Source of the DNA: Octopus sinensis
Lineage: Eukaryota
Direction: 5' to 3'
Assembly (NCBI RefSeq): GCF_006345805.1
Contig: NC_043003.1
Span: 37,944,001 to 38,008,000 of the forward strand
DNA: 64,000 bases
The notes under the pieces were generated by a model. That model was not told the origin of the DNA. It saw nothing but the letters and a program-made list of their open reading frames with translations, and did no database searches. Below, piece after piece: positions 1 to 14,882 of this stretch. Numbering within the stretch: position 1 is the stretch's first letter; every line of letters starts with the position of its first letter. The translations under genes and the position numbers were made by a program.

Positions 1-856
1 CACTCCCACAATTCCTGCCTACATTAAAAAACATCAATAACTAAGACAACTGATAACTACTTTATTCTGAAGATAAGACCAGGAATTGTATAAATGGTGC
101 AAACCTTGGGAAGATTATTGTTCAAAACAAAATAAAAATAAAAGTATTTAGAAGAAAAAAAAAAGGAATATATGATATTATGAAAGATATCTTAAATAAG
201 AGATTAAAACTAAAGCATCATCACTTTTATGTCCATTTTTCCATGCTTACATGTGTCAGATGCAATTTTTCTCTGACTGGAAGCTTTTTCTGTCACTAAC
301 CCTCACTTGTTTTCTAGCAAGGTAATATTTCTCTATGACCAGACATGTTTTTACAGATTAGAAACGAATGATATTGCTTATGTGATGGTAACATGATGTC
401 AAGACAAAGAAGAACACACACACATACACACACATGCATACATTTGATGGGCTTGTTTCACTTACAAAGCTTGGGTCGGCGCAGGGTTAGAATAGAAGAG
501 ATTTGCCCAAGTTGCCATGCAAAAGGAGTGAACCCAAAACTACATGATTAGAAAGCAAACTTGTTAACTACACAGCCAGGACTCAAAAATATAATTTGTT
601 TCCTAAATATAATTATAAAATTGGTTTCAAATTTTGACACAAGGCCAGTAGGTTTGGGGGAGGGGCTAAGTTGATTAACTCGACCCTAGTGTTCAACTGG
701 TACTTATTTTATTGACCTCAAAAGGATGAAGGGCAAAGTCGACCCTAGCAGAATTTGAACTCAGAATGTAAAGACAGATGAAATGACACTGAGCATTTTA
801 CCTGGTGTGCTAATGATACTGCCAGCTCACCACCTTAATTATAATTATAATATTAA

Positions 857-3800
857 TATATATACACAGAGTGACCCTATTAGTATTTAAATAATAAATA
901 ATATATAAAACATTTATTTTTATATTTTGCGGCAATTTTGTTTTTATATATTTTTAATACTATCTTTGCTATTTGATTGTGACTGCCTTTTGATATACAT
1001 GTTTTTTTTTTATTAGTAATTGGCAGAAAGTTACAGAATAACTAAAGGGCCAAGAGTTTTGTGTGCTGGCTCTTTCTGCCAATTATTAATTAAAATATAT
1101 ACAAACTCATGTTTGGAGTTCTGTTTTTCCTGTACACCAACCTTATATATTCACATATAGATGTTAAATGATGATGATGGTCACACACACACACATATAT
1201 TTATATATATATTTGGGAAGCACTGGGTAGATATGGTGTTTTTGCACCTTGTACCATTAGAGAGAAATTTTCTTCCATAATAACTGCAGTAAATTTACCT
1301 ATAGAAGTTAAAATATGCCATAAACGTATTTTAACTAAAGTTTATATATATATTCTTTTATTCTTTTCTTTTTCTTACTCATTTCATTCATTCAACTGCA
1401 GCCATGCTGGGGCACTGCCTTAAAGGGTCTGTTAGTCGAAGAAATTGATCCAGGATTTATTCTTTGTAAGTCTAGTACTTATTCTATCAGGCTCTTTTGC
1501 TGAACAACTAAGTTACGAGGACAAACACAGAGACAAAGACACACTCACATAAATAGATACATATTTATCATATATACAATAAACTTCTTTCAGATTCCAT
1601 CTACCAAATCAACCCACAAGGCCCTGGTCAGCCCAAGGCTATAGTAGAAGACACTTGCCCAAAGTGTCATGCAGTGGGACTGAACACAGAAGCATGTGGT
1701 TAGGAAGCAAGCTTCTTATCACACAGCCATTCCTGTGCCTATATATAAAACAGCTAGTAGTGAGGGATTATCAATCCAGGATCTGACCTAAACACAATGC
1801 AAAAATGTTCATGTGGGTTGACCAGATTACAAACACTAATGGCCACTTCTCAAATTTCAGCCATCCTATCCTGCTTCTTCTATAGGGTGACCACTTCCTC
1901 TATTCTTTCTATATCTTCCTCTCTTCACCTTAATCATAACTTGTCTTTCCATTTCCTCTTTATCTCTAATCCACTGGCCTCTTTCCTTCTCTTTTCTTCC
2001 CCATACCCCATCCATGTACCATTCCCTCGGTGTTCTGCCTTGTTATAACCAGAAATGGCTCTGACAAAAGTAGGATTAATTTTTTAGGTCATTCAATTTT
2101 TCTAAACTAATCAATAGACCAATTGAGTAAACCTATCAGTCATGTACCTATAATGACTACTGGGAACAGCTGTAAGCCTAATTTACTCTATTAAAAGGAA
2201 AATATGAAATGACCATTATTTATACTTTGTCATATATATATATATATATCACTGTGATCACCGTGACTGACCAGGCTATCAGATGTTGCTACACATTGCT
2301 GGTCACAATGTGCTTTGCATTGTTTTAGCCTTCAAATGATGCCACCCTGCTGGCAAAGCGAGCAGGTCAACAGAAGAAAGTGTAAGAAAAAGTTGTGGTG
2401 AAAGAGTACAGCAGGGATCACCACCACCACCCTCCCGGAGCCTCATGGACCTTTAGGTGTTTTCACTCAATAAACACTCACAACACCTGGTCTGGGGATC
2501 AAAACCGCGATCCTACAACCATGAGTCCGCTGCCCTAACCACCTCCACGTTTTATATATATATATATAATATATATACACAGAGTGACCCTATTAGTATT
2601 TAAATAATAAATAATATATAAAACATTTATTTTTATATTTTGCGGCAATTTTGTTTTTATATATTTTTAATACTATCTTTGCTATTGATTGTGACTGCCT
2701 TTTGATATACATGTTTTTTTTTTATTAGTAATTGGCAGAAAGTTACAGAATAACTAAAGGGCCAAGAGTTTTGTGTGCTGGCTCTTTCTGCCAATTATTA
2801 ATTAAAATATATACAAACTCATGTTTGGAGTTCTGTTTTTCCTGTACACCAACCTTATATATTCACATATAGATGTTAAATGATGATGATGGTCACACAC
2901 ACACACACACACACATACACTACACACACACACATATATTTATATATATATTTGGGAAGCACTGGGTAGATATGGTGTTTTTGCACCTTGTACCATTAGA
3001 GAGAAATTTTCTTCCCATAATAACTGCAGTAAATTTACCTATAGAAGTTAAAATATGCCATAAACGTATTTTAACTAAAGTTTATATATATATTCTTTTA
3101 TTCTTTTCTTTTTCTTACTCATTTCATTCATTCAACTGCAGCCATGCTGGGGCACTGCCTTAAAGGGTCTGTTAGTCGAAGAAATTGATCCAGGATTTAT
3201 TCTTTGTAAGTCTAGTACTTATTCTATCAGGCTCTTTTGCTGAACAACTAAGTTACGAGGACAAACACAGAGACAAAGACACACTCACATAAATAGATAC
3301 ATATTTATCATATATACAATAAACTTCTTTCAGATTCCATCTACCAAATCAACCCACAAGGCCCTGGTCAGCCCAAGGCTATAGTAGAAGACACTTGCCC
3401 AAAGTGTCATGCAGTGGGACTGAACACAGAAGCATGTGGTTAGGAAGCAAGCTTCTTATCACACAGCCATTCCTGTGCCTATATAAAAACAGCTAGTAGT
3501 GAGGGATTATCAATCCAGGATCTGACCTAAACACAATGCAAAAATGTTCATGTGGGTTGACCAGATTACAAACACTAATGGCCACTTCTCAAATTTCAGC
3601 CATCCTATCCTGCTTCTTCTATAGGGTGACCACTTCCTCTATTCTTTCTATATCTTCCTCTCTTCACCTTAATCATAACTTGTCTTTCCATTTCCTCTTT
3701 ATCTCTAATCCACTGGCCTCTTTCCTTCTCTTTTCTTCCCCATACCCCATCCATGTACCATTCCCTCAGTGTTCTGCCTTGTTATAACCAGAAATGGCTC

Positions 3801-4284
3801 TGACAAAAGTAGGATTAATTGTTTAGGTCATTCAATTTTTCTAAACTAATCAATAGACCAATTGAGTAAACCTATCAGTCATGTACCTATAATGACTACT
3901 GGGAACAGCTGTAAGCCTAATTTACTCTATTAAAAGGAAAATATGAAATGACCATTATTTATACTTTGTCATATATATATATATATCACTGTGATCACCG
4001 TGACTGACCAGGCTATCAGATGTTGCTACACATTGCTGGTCACAATGTGCTTTGCATTGTTTTAGCCTTCAAATGATGCCACCCTGCTGGCAAAGCGAGC
4101 AGGTCAACAGAAGAAAGTGTTAGAAAAAGTTGTGGTGAAAGAGTACAGCAGGGATCACCAGCACCCCCTGCCGGAGCCTCATGGAGCTTTAGATGTTTTC
4201 ACTCAATAAACACTCACAACGCCTGGTCTGGGGATCGAAACCGCGATCCTACAACCATGAGTCCACTGCCCTAACCACCTCCAC

Positions 4285-4320
<36 letters not shown>
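857..4320. repeat. Near-identical tandem duplication, two copies of ~1.71-1.75 kb (about 857-2568 and 2569-4320)
   Basis: AGAGTGACCCTATTAGTATTT occurs at 868 and 2581. The identical ORFs at 1797 and 3536 are offset by 1739. The copies differ by a few SNPs and microsatellite lengths, and the junctions lie in (TA)n runs. Confidence 0.95.
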
Positions 4321-4324
<4 letters not shown>

Positions 4325-4464
4325 GAAAAATGTCATAATCATCATCAAAATATGAGAGAACATTGTGTCCGGAAAGATCCCACAACATAATAGAAACCTT
4401 GTTCAATTGTGTGTATAAGTTTAGTGTTGACTGTTGGAAAAAATAGTACTCAATACTAATTCTA

Positions 4465-4956
4465 GAGGATACCTGTGGAAGGGAAAGACCCAAGAAGACG
4501 TGGGACAAAGTGGTGAGAAAGAGTCTTTGGATGGTGGGCCTCACTGAGGAAATGACAAGGGACTGGGAGATGTGGCGATTTGCTATACTTGATGAGCCAA
4601 GCTAAGTAAAATCACCGTCTTCCACATGTACAGGCTTGTCCTTCCAGGTTGGTACTGCATAAATGCACTCATGTCAGTGCTGCATAAATGCACCACCCAT
4701 GCTGGAGCTGTGTAAATGCACCATCCATGTCGGTGCTGCATAAATGTGCCATCCATGCTGGTGTTGTATAAATGCACCTGTGCTGGTGACACATAAAAAG
4801 CACTCAGCACACTGGTGTTAGGAAGGTCATCTAGCCATGGAAACCATGCCACAACAGTCAACTGGAATCTGAACAGCTCCCAGCTGGCCAGCTCCATGTC
4901 AAACTGTCCAACCCATGCCAGCATAGAAAGTGGACATTAAATGATGATGATGATGA
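4465..4956 (+). mobile_element. 5'-truncated RTE-clade LINE 3' end (GRPKKTW motif, 3'UTR, (GAT)n tail)
   Basis: Translates to TCGRERPKKTWDKVVRKSLWMVGLTEEMTRDWEMW, matching the C-terminus of the RTE at 46.9-47.0 kb. Ends in a GAT repeat. Confidence 0.85.
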
Positions 4957-5039
4957 CTATTGATTGCACTGGCCACTTGCTACTCTGTGCACCTACAAGC
5001 AAAACTCCAAGTAACAAGAGACTGACTTGACCTAAATAA

Positions 5040-5277
5040 CTATTTCTTTACTACCCACAAGGGGCTAAACACAGAGAGGACAAACAAGGACAGACAAACA
5101 AGGACAGACAAACGGATTAAGTCGATTATATCGACCCCAGTGCGTAACTGGTACTTATTTAATTGACCCCGAAAGGCAAAGTCGACCTCGGTGGAATTTG
5201 AACTCAGAGCATAGCGGCAGACGAAATACCACTAAGCATTTCGCCCGGCGTGCTAACATTTCTGCCAGCTCACCGCC
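5040..5277 (-). mobile_element. tRNA-derived SINE, family B (GGCGGTGAGCTGGCAGAA head)
   Basis: The minus strand begins GGCGGTGAGCTGGCAGAAATGTTAGC and has a B-box-like GAGTTCAAATTCC. Related copies are at about 620-836(-), 6725-6968(-), 20806-21035(+), 26245-26455(-) and 62270-62465(+). Confidence 0.85.
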
Positions 5278-8200
5278 TAAATAACACATACTCATACACA
5301 CAAACAAACAAACACATACATTTATACATTATATATAATTACATACATATATATTGTATATATCCACACATGCATACATATTCACGCTTATAATTACACA
5401 TAAATACAGCTATACATTGTCCCAATGTACTATAGCAAGAGGCAGAGTGGGAACTCTTGCTCCACATAACATCATACTATCAAACTTTATTCCATTATGG
5501 AACCATAAAGAATCAACCATTATTAATGATCTTTTTTTAGATGTTATTTCTGAACTCTGGCCTCACACTGTGCGGGCAGCAGGGGGTAAAAAGGATGTGA
5601 TGATGGGCAAGTAGAAGATGAAATATGTACGATGATGGATGCTGTGAGAGTTATGGGTAGAAAGAGGAGAGATACTTTCAAATGATTTTCATACATGTAA
5701 GTAACTTTTGAACTGAAATATATAAAAGCTATTTCATAACAGATGTGCTACATGTTGACATGTAAACACACATGCATAAAAATTTGCACAGTAGTGGATT
5801 ACAAAACCATGAGTGTGCGTGTGTGTGTGTGTATAAGCTTCTGTGATGAATCTGGTTTATATACATATGTGTATCATCATCATCATCATCATCATTTAGC
5901 GTCCGTTTTCCATGCTAGCATGGGTGCATATTCACGAGTGTGTGTGTATGTTTATTTGTTCATTCATTTTTACATCTGTTTTTCCATGCTGGCATGAGTT
6001 AGGTGATCATCATCATCACTATTTTTAACATTTACATTTCCATGCTTTCATGGGTCAGATAAAATTTGTTGAGGCAGGTTTTTTTGCTTTTTTTATGGCC
6101 AGATGTTCATCTTGTTGCCAACACCTCATCTATTTCCAATCAAGGTTATATTTTCCTTATCTGTTCAACAAAAACAGCTCTACAGCCAAATTATATGCAT
6201 ACACAAGCAACAAGCACACACACACAAATAACTTGTGTTTATGCGTAAATTTTTGTGTGTGTGTGTTTCTGTGTTTTTCAACATATAGATAACCTAACAC
6301 AGATTTTAAAGAAAGGCTTTCACTATAATGACAGGTTGTTGTTGTTGTTAAGAGAGAAATTCAGTGAGAGAGAGAAAGAGAGAGGGACAGAGAGAGAAAG
6401 AGTGTGTGCGTGTGTGTGTGTGAAAGATAGATAGTAGGATGTTGCAACCATAGCAACTAATATGTAACTCACTATATAACAGTCTACTATTAAAAGCAGG
6501 TATGTGCATGATTAACAAATATTGTTACTGGCAGCATAGCGATGGGTAAAGACCTAGTCAAGTAATAATAATTCTATCTACTCTAAGCAGAAGGCCTAAA
6601 ATTTTGGGGAAACAGGGTTAATCAATGACACTAACCTCAATGATCAAAAGATGCTTATTTCATTAACTTGACACCAGTACAGATGCTATTCACAAAGCAT
6701 AATAATAATAATAATAATATTAATAATCCTTTCTACTAAAGGCGCAAGGCCTGAAATTTTGTGGGGAGGGGACTAGTCGACTAGACTGAAAGCCCCACCA
6801 CCACCACCCCACCCCCTCCTCTGTGTTTCACTGAAACTTAATTTATCGACCCCGAAAGGATGAAAGGCAAAGTCAACCTTGGCAGAATTAGAACTCAGAA
6901 CATAAAGGCAGATGAAATGTCACTAAGTATTTTGCTTGACGTGCTAATGATTCTGCCAGCTTACCACCGAAATAATAATAACAACAATAATAATAATAAT
7001 AATAATAAATTCTTTCATTGTCCAATAAGGGTGTTGAATAAGAAGGCCATTACAAAGAAATATAGAAATTGGGAATTGATGCGATGGGTATACAAAATTA
7101 ACAAAGAGCAAATACAAGTATGAAAGAATGTCTACAAGAAATATGAAACTAGACATCTAAATTAGTGGGAAGGGTAACAGGCAATGATTTGGGGCCAGTT
7201 AAGGAACTCTCCTAAATCTAGATTCACCCTGACTGCCAGGGGTTAGTGCTGTCTTTCAACTATGTTTTCTGGCCTAGAGGTGCATGCTGATGGTGATGGT
7301 GGTGAAGAGGAGAATATGAATAACAACAACAACAAGAGGGAAAAAAAAAGACAAGAATATGAAAAATGAAGGGAAATGGAGAAGAAAAGAAGAGAAAAGG
7401 GCATTAGGAGTGAAAGGAGCAAAGAGGAATAATGAAAAAGACATACTGTAAGAGAAAGGAAGAATATGAAAGAAATGAGGAAAGAGGGAAAAAATAAGAG
7501 AATTAGATGTAGAGTGAAGAAGTAGAAGAAGTAAAGGAGGAGGGGAAGAAAGCCAGATCAATATGTTTGCTTGCTAGGCTGAGTATAACGAAAAAGGCAA
7601 TTCTATTTAAAAGTCTTCACAGTGGTAGAATATAGTAAACACCATTAGCATGTCTTTATTTTCTTTCACAATGTACAGTAATGAATGCAACTATTGTTTA
7701 CGCCTCATTTGACACAATGGCCCTAAAGTAGATATCGTGTATGTGCATGCATGTGTGTGTGTGTGTGTGTGCGTGAGTGCGCACACACACGCACGCATAT
7801 CCTTAAACCACCAGAATGAGGCTAGCAAAATGGTAAGAAGCAGTAAGTTGTGAAAAAAGAGGAGACATGCAACTAGTTCAAGAGAATGAGAGAGAAAAGG
7901 CGAGATATATGTGTGTGCGAGCGCGCGTGCGTGCATGTGTGTGTGTGTGTGTTAAGTGTTTGCATGTACAAAGCAGAAAGATTGTAAGAGAGGAAGAGCG
8001 TATGTACATGTATGAGAGAAAGAAAGAGAGGAGGCAATCATGCTATTGATGGTGGCTGGTAATAAAGAAGAAAAGGAATTAGAACTTGAAACTAGTGATA
8101 GTGTGAGAGCAACGAGGAAGCCTCTGTGCAGTCATTTGCTCACCTAGAAATGGTAGTCAAATCTCTCTTAATCACGTTCTACTGTCTTAAAAGAAACGCT

Positions 8201-11200
8201 AGGATATATCAGATAATGTAGTTCTAGATATAGGTGTGGCATGGCTGGGTGGTAAGAAGCTTGCTTCCCAACCGCGTGGTTTCAGGTTCAGTCCCACTGT
8301 GTAGAACCTTGGACCAGTGTCTTCTACTCTAGCCCAAAGCTGGAGGAGGAGACACTTGTGTGTAGATTTGGTAGATGGAAACTAAAAGCAGCCTGTCACA
8401 TGTGTTTGTATGTTTGTGTCTGTGTTTGTTCCCCACCACTGTTTGACAACCAGATTTAGTGTGTTTATGCCTCCCCCCCATAACTTAGCAGTTTGGCAAA
8501 AGGGAGTGATAGAAAAGTACTAGGCTTTATAAAAAAAAAGGACTAGGTCAAATTCATTTGATTCAAAATTCTTCATGGTGGCGCCACAGGATGGCTGTAG
8601 TCTAATGACTGGAACAAATACAAAAAAAAATACACTGTGTCTGAATGATAAGAAGGATAATCACATACATGAACAACTTTGAACATAGGTCTCTAAACAA
8701 CAACAAACTAATATCATCATCATCATCATTTAACATCTGTTTTCCATGCTAGCATGGGATGGACGGTTTGACAGTAGCTGGTAAAGGCTAGGGTCTTCAC
8801 CAAGTTCTGTTGTCTGTTTATAAAAAATGATATGTTATTTTGCTCTGAAGAGTATCATCAATATCAAACATCAGGCCGACTTTGATCACCAAGCTTTTGC
8901 TACTGCTTTTAAGTACCCATGTAGTTGTAAGCAGGCACAGAAAACCATGACCCAATGGAACATCTAAGATGTGACAGACAGAGGGAGAGATGGAGGCTGC
9001 ACCAGCTCTGGGCTAATACTTCATTGATCCTGGGAAGATGAAAAGCAAAGTTGACCTCAATGAGACTTGAACTCAGAACACAGGGAACCAGAATGAATAC
9101 TGCAATACATTCCATCAAGCTTTCAAATGACTCTGCCAATGGACTACTTTTTCATACAAATACACAAACATGCATGCATACACACACACACACACACACA
9201 CACATGTATGTGTGCAATGATGATGAAAGGCCACAACAAACGGTGAGAGGCTATAAGAACCATCTAACCCAAGCCATAATGGTAAAGTGGACATATGATG
9301 ATGATAATGGCGATGGTAGTGGTGGTGCATCTTATCTCTCTCCTGAGTTCAAATCCTGCTATAATCAATTTTGCCTTTAATTTCTCTGGAGTTTATAAAA
9401 AAAAAGATCTACCATCCTACCCTCAAAACAATTGGCCAAGTGCCTAGTGAAAAGAAATCAATTTTGTTATATTTAGGTCATTGCAGTTTCTCCCATTTTC
9501 CATTTCTATGAAAATCCTACATTTCACATCATGTCTATTTAGAAAAAAAACCCTCTGCAATTACTAGGATATCAAAAAAAAACAACAAAACCACTCCAAC
9601 CTATGAATTCAGTACAACCCATGTCATTAAGCTATGTCCAGACAGAGATATACATCTATCCTTGTTTATCATAAGAGTTTATGTAAAAACAAACAGCGAT
9701 AAATAAATCAGTGATATATGAATCATCTCCATTCACTTTGTGAATAGAACAAATGTTAGATTTATTGATCCCTGAGTAGCAAAGCTTCCGTCATGTATTT
9801 TCTTGATAATCTCTAACTTTTCCTGTAGAGAGAGAGAGTATATTCATCTGCATCATTTGTTAGGATCAGGCACCTTCATATTTTTTTCTGTTCATTGGCC
9901 TCATGTTTAGGGGTATGAGTACATAAATCTGTGCAAAAAATATGCAGCCTTGCAACACTCATGTAAATACAAGTGATAATCAGTGCATTCTAGGTAGCTG
10001 AGCATTGTAAGTGGTCACAGAAGCATGTTTTTGTAGTACAAGCAGAATCTCTGAATGATCAACCCATGTTATCACAAATCAATCCATGAGAAGTGTAATA
10101 TAGTTCGTAAATGAGCAATAGTGTATTATCTCAGAGCAGTGATAAATAGATCAGTAATAAATGAGACTACACATAATGTGTATCTTAAAATAATGAAAGA
10201 GATGTAAGGTGTCATATTGCATATATAAGAATACTGTATACTGCTGAACTATTGTATACTTAACTCATTGTTAACAAATTTAACATAGGGAGTATTAAAA
10301 GGCTAACAAGAAATAGATGTATAGGAATATCAAAATGATATTAATAAATGATTAATATTATTTCAGTTTCCTAGCAAGAATGGGGAACAACTTCAGATGA
10401 CATGTTTTGGTATTATTCTGACTCATTAGTTAAAACAAAGCTTTCACTGAACTTGCTGAAACAGTGATGAATAAATCATGAAGTAAATATAGAAATGTGT
10501 ATAGAAATGTTCATTGGTGGAGGAAAATAGAATTCTTCAGGAATTCAATAATTCAGAGATGTTAACTTCTGATAGAAAATAAAATAAATATTAAAAAAAG
10601 TACAGTCTGTATTATGTCCAAAACGAATCACATTGTTGGATTGCATACAAACTAATGAAGGTAAGTAGCATTTTTGTTTAGCCCAAGGTCTGCCCTGACC
10701 AGGCAGATAAATGAGCAAGAGCATTTCAGCTGTGACCATTTCATTATTTTGTTTTTTAGACATTATTTAGTGTATCCACCCTTTCTGAAAGACAGTAGAA
10801 TGTGGATCGAAAAAAATTTGGCTGCTCTTTCAAGCAAGTCAAGCATCTGCTAAGCAGCATGAATGGATAATGTGTAATGCATAAAATTCACTGAACCAAA
10901 AAGAGGTAAACAATGGATGTTTTGTCAAGTGTCAGAACCTGGCCAGAAGATTGCTTCACTCCTAACTGTAACCATAAAATTAGTAACAATAATTATGGTT
11001 ATTATTATGACACTAATTAACCCTTTTGGTTGCCATATTTCTGTTGAAATACACTGCCTTATTACCATTTTTTTTTTTTTACCTGTTTCAGTCATTAGGT
11101 CACTATCTTGAAGAATTTTAGTCGAACAAATCAATACCAGTACTTGCTTTTTTTAAGCCTGCTATGTATTCTGTCAGGTTCTTTTTTTAAAGTTTTACCC

Positions 11201-11698
11201 CTTTTACAACAAAAAGCAGATATGATATATCCATTCAAAATTTCATTACTCTTAACTGCAAAAAGCAGTTTTAAATACCAGGCTATCTTTTGTTGAGGAA
11301 TGTCATGTTTGAAGTTATTTTCCATTGATACAAATCAAGTTTATCGAAGCAATATGACTTACAGAAAAAAATAAATTTTTTTTTTTTGGTAGATATTTAA
11401 TATCATAACTGAAATAACTACAAAATTTAATTTCACAGTTAAAGGGCCAGCCATCCCTGGAGGAATGGTATCAAAAGAGTAAGAGCAAACAAATTTCTAA
11501 GAGGTAAACTCAACTCTTGAAAGAATATTCTTTAGTTGAAGGATTAAACTAACAACAATGCAACAAAAAACTAATTCAGAAGTATAAAGGTAGAAACTAA
11601 TAATGCAATGCAAAGAATACAAGCTGGAATCATATGATGCTCTGTACTAACCATGCATTCAAAACACTAAGTTAAATCAGTTAAATTATCCCAATAGT

Positions 11699-11907
11699 TT
11701 AACCAATAAGCATCTAAATATTCTACCTGTTTTATGTTCAAACTAACCAGATCTGGTCTCTCACACCTACCCTACAATGTCATTCTACAAAATAAGCAAT
11801 CATGTCATCGAAATCTTGAAGCTATGAGATAATGCATGATTAATTCAAAACAGTGTGAATAAACAAACATTACATTTGATAGAGTAATCTGATTGCTAAA
11901 GAGTTAA
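11699..11907. mobile_element. TTAA-bounded MITE (piggyBac-like); second copy at about 44932-45160
   Basis: Both copies share the body AAATATTCTACCTGTTTTATGTTCAAACT...GTAATCTGA and are bounded by TTAAC.../...GTTAA. Confidence 0.55.
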
Positions 11908-13732
11908 AGCAACAGTGAAACAATGTTCCGACTACCATAGTCACTGGATTTATTAAACATAATACTAAATCTTCATCAACAAATATTCTTACTGTTTTTT
12001 TGTTTTGCTTTTTATCTGGGAACCGTGTTTTAATTCCTAAATCTTACAACACTATGCTTCACAATGGCTGACTTAATCCCTTGCTTTGGTTTTAACATCA
12101 CCACCAAACCTTTTGATGACCTTAGTGGAGTTTACTCAGTTACAAGCATTCAACACAAGGTCTCCAGTTTTTTCCATCAAGGCCTGTGAAGGTCTTGCAA
12201 AAAAAAAAAAATTATGTGTACTACCCTCCTTTCTTTAACTCATCCATAAAACTCTAGTTAAACATGAGCTAACAAAAGAACTTTTGTATGGAAACTTGAT
12301 CTGTTAGAAATATTAACCAAATTCTCAATAACACCCTGCCATCTTAAAAAAATGAGTCATTAGATAATGAGATCCTAGACACCTTGTGTCTGGAAAAAAA
12401 AAGTAGGGATTGGATTGTCTTTTGATCACAAGGTCTTACTTGAGCAGAAGTGACCTGGAATTAAACAACAACAACAGTTCTAGTCAAACACAAACCCATA
12501 TACTGAACATCTGGGATGCTGGTTGTATAATTTGGTCATATCTAAACATTTTATTAGTCCTACATTTTGTAGGTTTGTTCAGGTAGGATTGGCTGAAAAT
12601 ACTCAATAACTCCAACAAGACTAATTATGACAATGAAAGATCATTTTGATGCTCATATAGACTAGCTATATGAATGGCATAATTACTTGAAATGTACCAG
12701 GACATACAATATTTTTTTGCTTAATATCAACTAGAACAAGATTGAAAGAATTTAATATTTATATCCACACTATGTTTTAACTGATGTAATCGTTGACTAT
12801 CATTAGGTATCCTGTTCCTAGAATATGACACATAATGATGATCAGATGTAGTCTGAAAATTTATAACTTAGATGTTATTAGAACAGAGTAATATTAAATT
12901 AATCTAATGAGAATATGTTTACCCTAAAGTCACCAAAACAGAAATAGTATTGGTCAAGCATAAGTGGTTTTAGTTTCAGAAGTACATCTTTAACTCAGGC
13001 CAAGGACTTGAACTCAACAGCTCAAGTCACCAGCTTGCTGGATGAAGAGTTTGTAACTTCTAAATGGTCTTGCACTGTGTCCATGACCAAAATCCTTAAC
13101 CCTTACAAACCTAGGCCACCTTGCAGCAAAAAAGGACACCATAAAGGTGTAGCTCATTGCTGGAAGCAGAAGATGAATTTATAATTAATAAATGTGTGAT
13201 TAAATTTAAGTACTGAGTTCAAACCCTGGTATAGTTATTATGACTTTAGCTAAAGTATGTTGGATTGGAACATACAAATGAGATGAGGACTCACAGGCTA
13301 TTCATCTATGAGAGCAGTTACACCAAATAACAACTAGAGGATGACCATTTAGTCCTCTTTGTTACAGAAGGACAACCTTTCCATTGCCAGTGGTATGTTA
13401 AAATGCACTCAGATGACTCTGTAAAGTGGCTGGTGATAGGAAGGATATCCAACTAAAGAAAACATGCCAAATATGGAATGCATGCGCAAGACATGGATTC
13501 GGTAAGACACATCACATACTACTTATCTAGGAGGACAGAAACAGTGAATAAAAACTGGTTGGGGGTAGAGAAAAGGCTTTAGTCCTCACTAGTGAGGCTA
13601 TTCCTCCAGTGAAGTCAGCCTTTCTAGAGCTGGTGGAATGACAAATTGTAACAATTCCACAATTTGTGGAATGACAAATTGCATCCAACGCACACCAAAG
13701 ACAGCCAGTTTTCTGTTTGTATGCAAAATAGT

Positions 13733-13990
13733 GTGGAGGTGCGTGGCTTAGTGGTTAGGGTGTCAGCATCATGATCATAAGATTGTGGTTTCGGTTCCTG
13801 GACTGGGCGACGCTTTGTGTTCTTGAGCAAAACACTTCATTTCACGTTGTTCCAGTCCACTCAGCTGGCAAAAATCAGTAACATTATGATGGACTGGCGT
13901 CCCATCCAGCTGGGGAACACATACGCCACTGAAACCAGGAAACCGGGCCGATGAGCCTGGCTAGGCTTTAAAAGGGCACATTTATTTTTT
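13733..13990 (+). mobile_element. tRNA-derived SINE, family C (TGGCTTAGTGGTTAG head)
   Basis: A-box-like TGGCTTAGTGG and B-box-like GGTTTCGGTTCC, followed by the shared GTGTTCTTGAGCAAAACACT...CACTCAGCTG body. Relatives are at about 19852, 30553 and 60143 (+) and 2250-2550 (-). Confidence 0.8.
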
Positions 13991-14625
13991 ATTTATGCAA
14001 AATAATGCAAACTGTAAAGATTTGTTCAACTCTTGCCAGCATAGAAAACACACATGAAATGATGATAGTGGTGGTGATGGTGGCAATGATGATGATGATG
14101 GTTGATTTATCTGATTAGGAAAGGTCAGCTAATTGATTCTATTTATTATATTTTCATTAAAAAAAAATAATGATTACTGATAACTCTATTGACACACATT
14201 TTGATGCTCGGTGTAAACTCTTGATTTATACTATTCCCACACATAAAAAAAGTCATTACAATGAAAACACTAGGTATATTCAAAGTGTGTGACACAATTG
14301 ACACGCAAACATAAACATACTTGAACAAATAAATCAAATACACAGACAGACACACATTACAAACTACACTCCAGGAAGGAAGTCATATACAATGATACAT
14401 CTAAATGATGTCAAGTGATATCTGGGATTCACCAATGAGGTATCCACTCTTCTCTCATGTCTTTCTTATATCTAAACAACCTTCCTCACACATAAACATA
14501 CTAAAGAGAAGCCGCTATGCTAGCAATTACAGCCAAATCCATCCAAATCATACCCTACTATCTTAAGGAAATAACTTTTTTTTCATTTTTAATCAAAAAA
14601 GATGGCAGTTCCCATGACCCTTTAT

Positions 14626-14882
14626 AGCTGAGGTCCCCAGCATTTTTTTTTTTTTTGCACTACAGACTCATTTCATACCAGACAATCTTTCCATAAACCA
14701 AGGAATCACATGCATAACAAAACAAATAAAGTGCATATATAATGTAATTATTACATATATAATACATGTATATTACACATATAACACATATAATGCTAGA
14801 ACACCCTGTAGACTAGAATTATAGTGAACAGAATAGAAATAAAATTTTAATGATTCATGGTCAGGTCCTGGCCCTCGACCTC
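14626..14882. mobile_element. Degraded hAT/Charlie-type MITE
   Basis: The ends GAGGTCCCCAGCATTTTT...GCACTACAGACTCATTTCAT and GGTCCTGGCCCTCG resemble MER1-like hAT MITE termini. No TSD was resolved. Confidence 0.4.

Noticed and set aside
7290-7560. Hydrophobic 95-aa ORF resembling a membrane protein
   Set aside because: It is a translation of a GA-rich low-complexity tract.
9740-9845. Minus-strand SLSLQEKLEIIKKIHDG, resembling a pogo/CENP-B HTH start or an exon after a (CT)n acceptor
   Set aside because: Too short, closed by a stop, and without further transposase or ATG4 motifs.
13733-13810. tRNA-like sequences (also at about 30553 and 60143)
   Set aside because: They are SINE heads continuing into shared SINE bodies, not intact tRNA genes.
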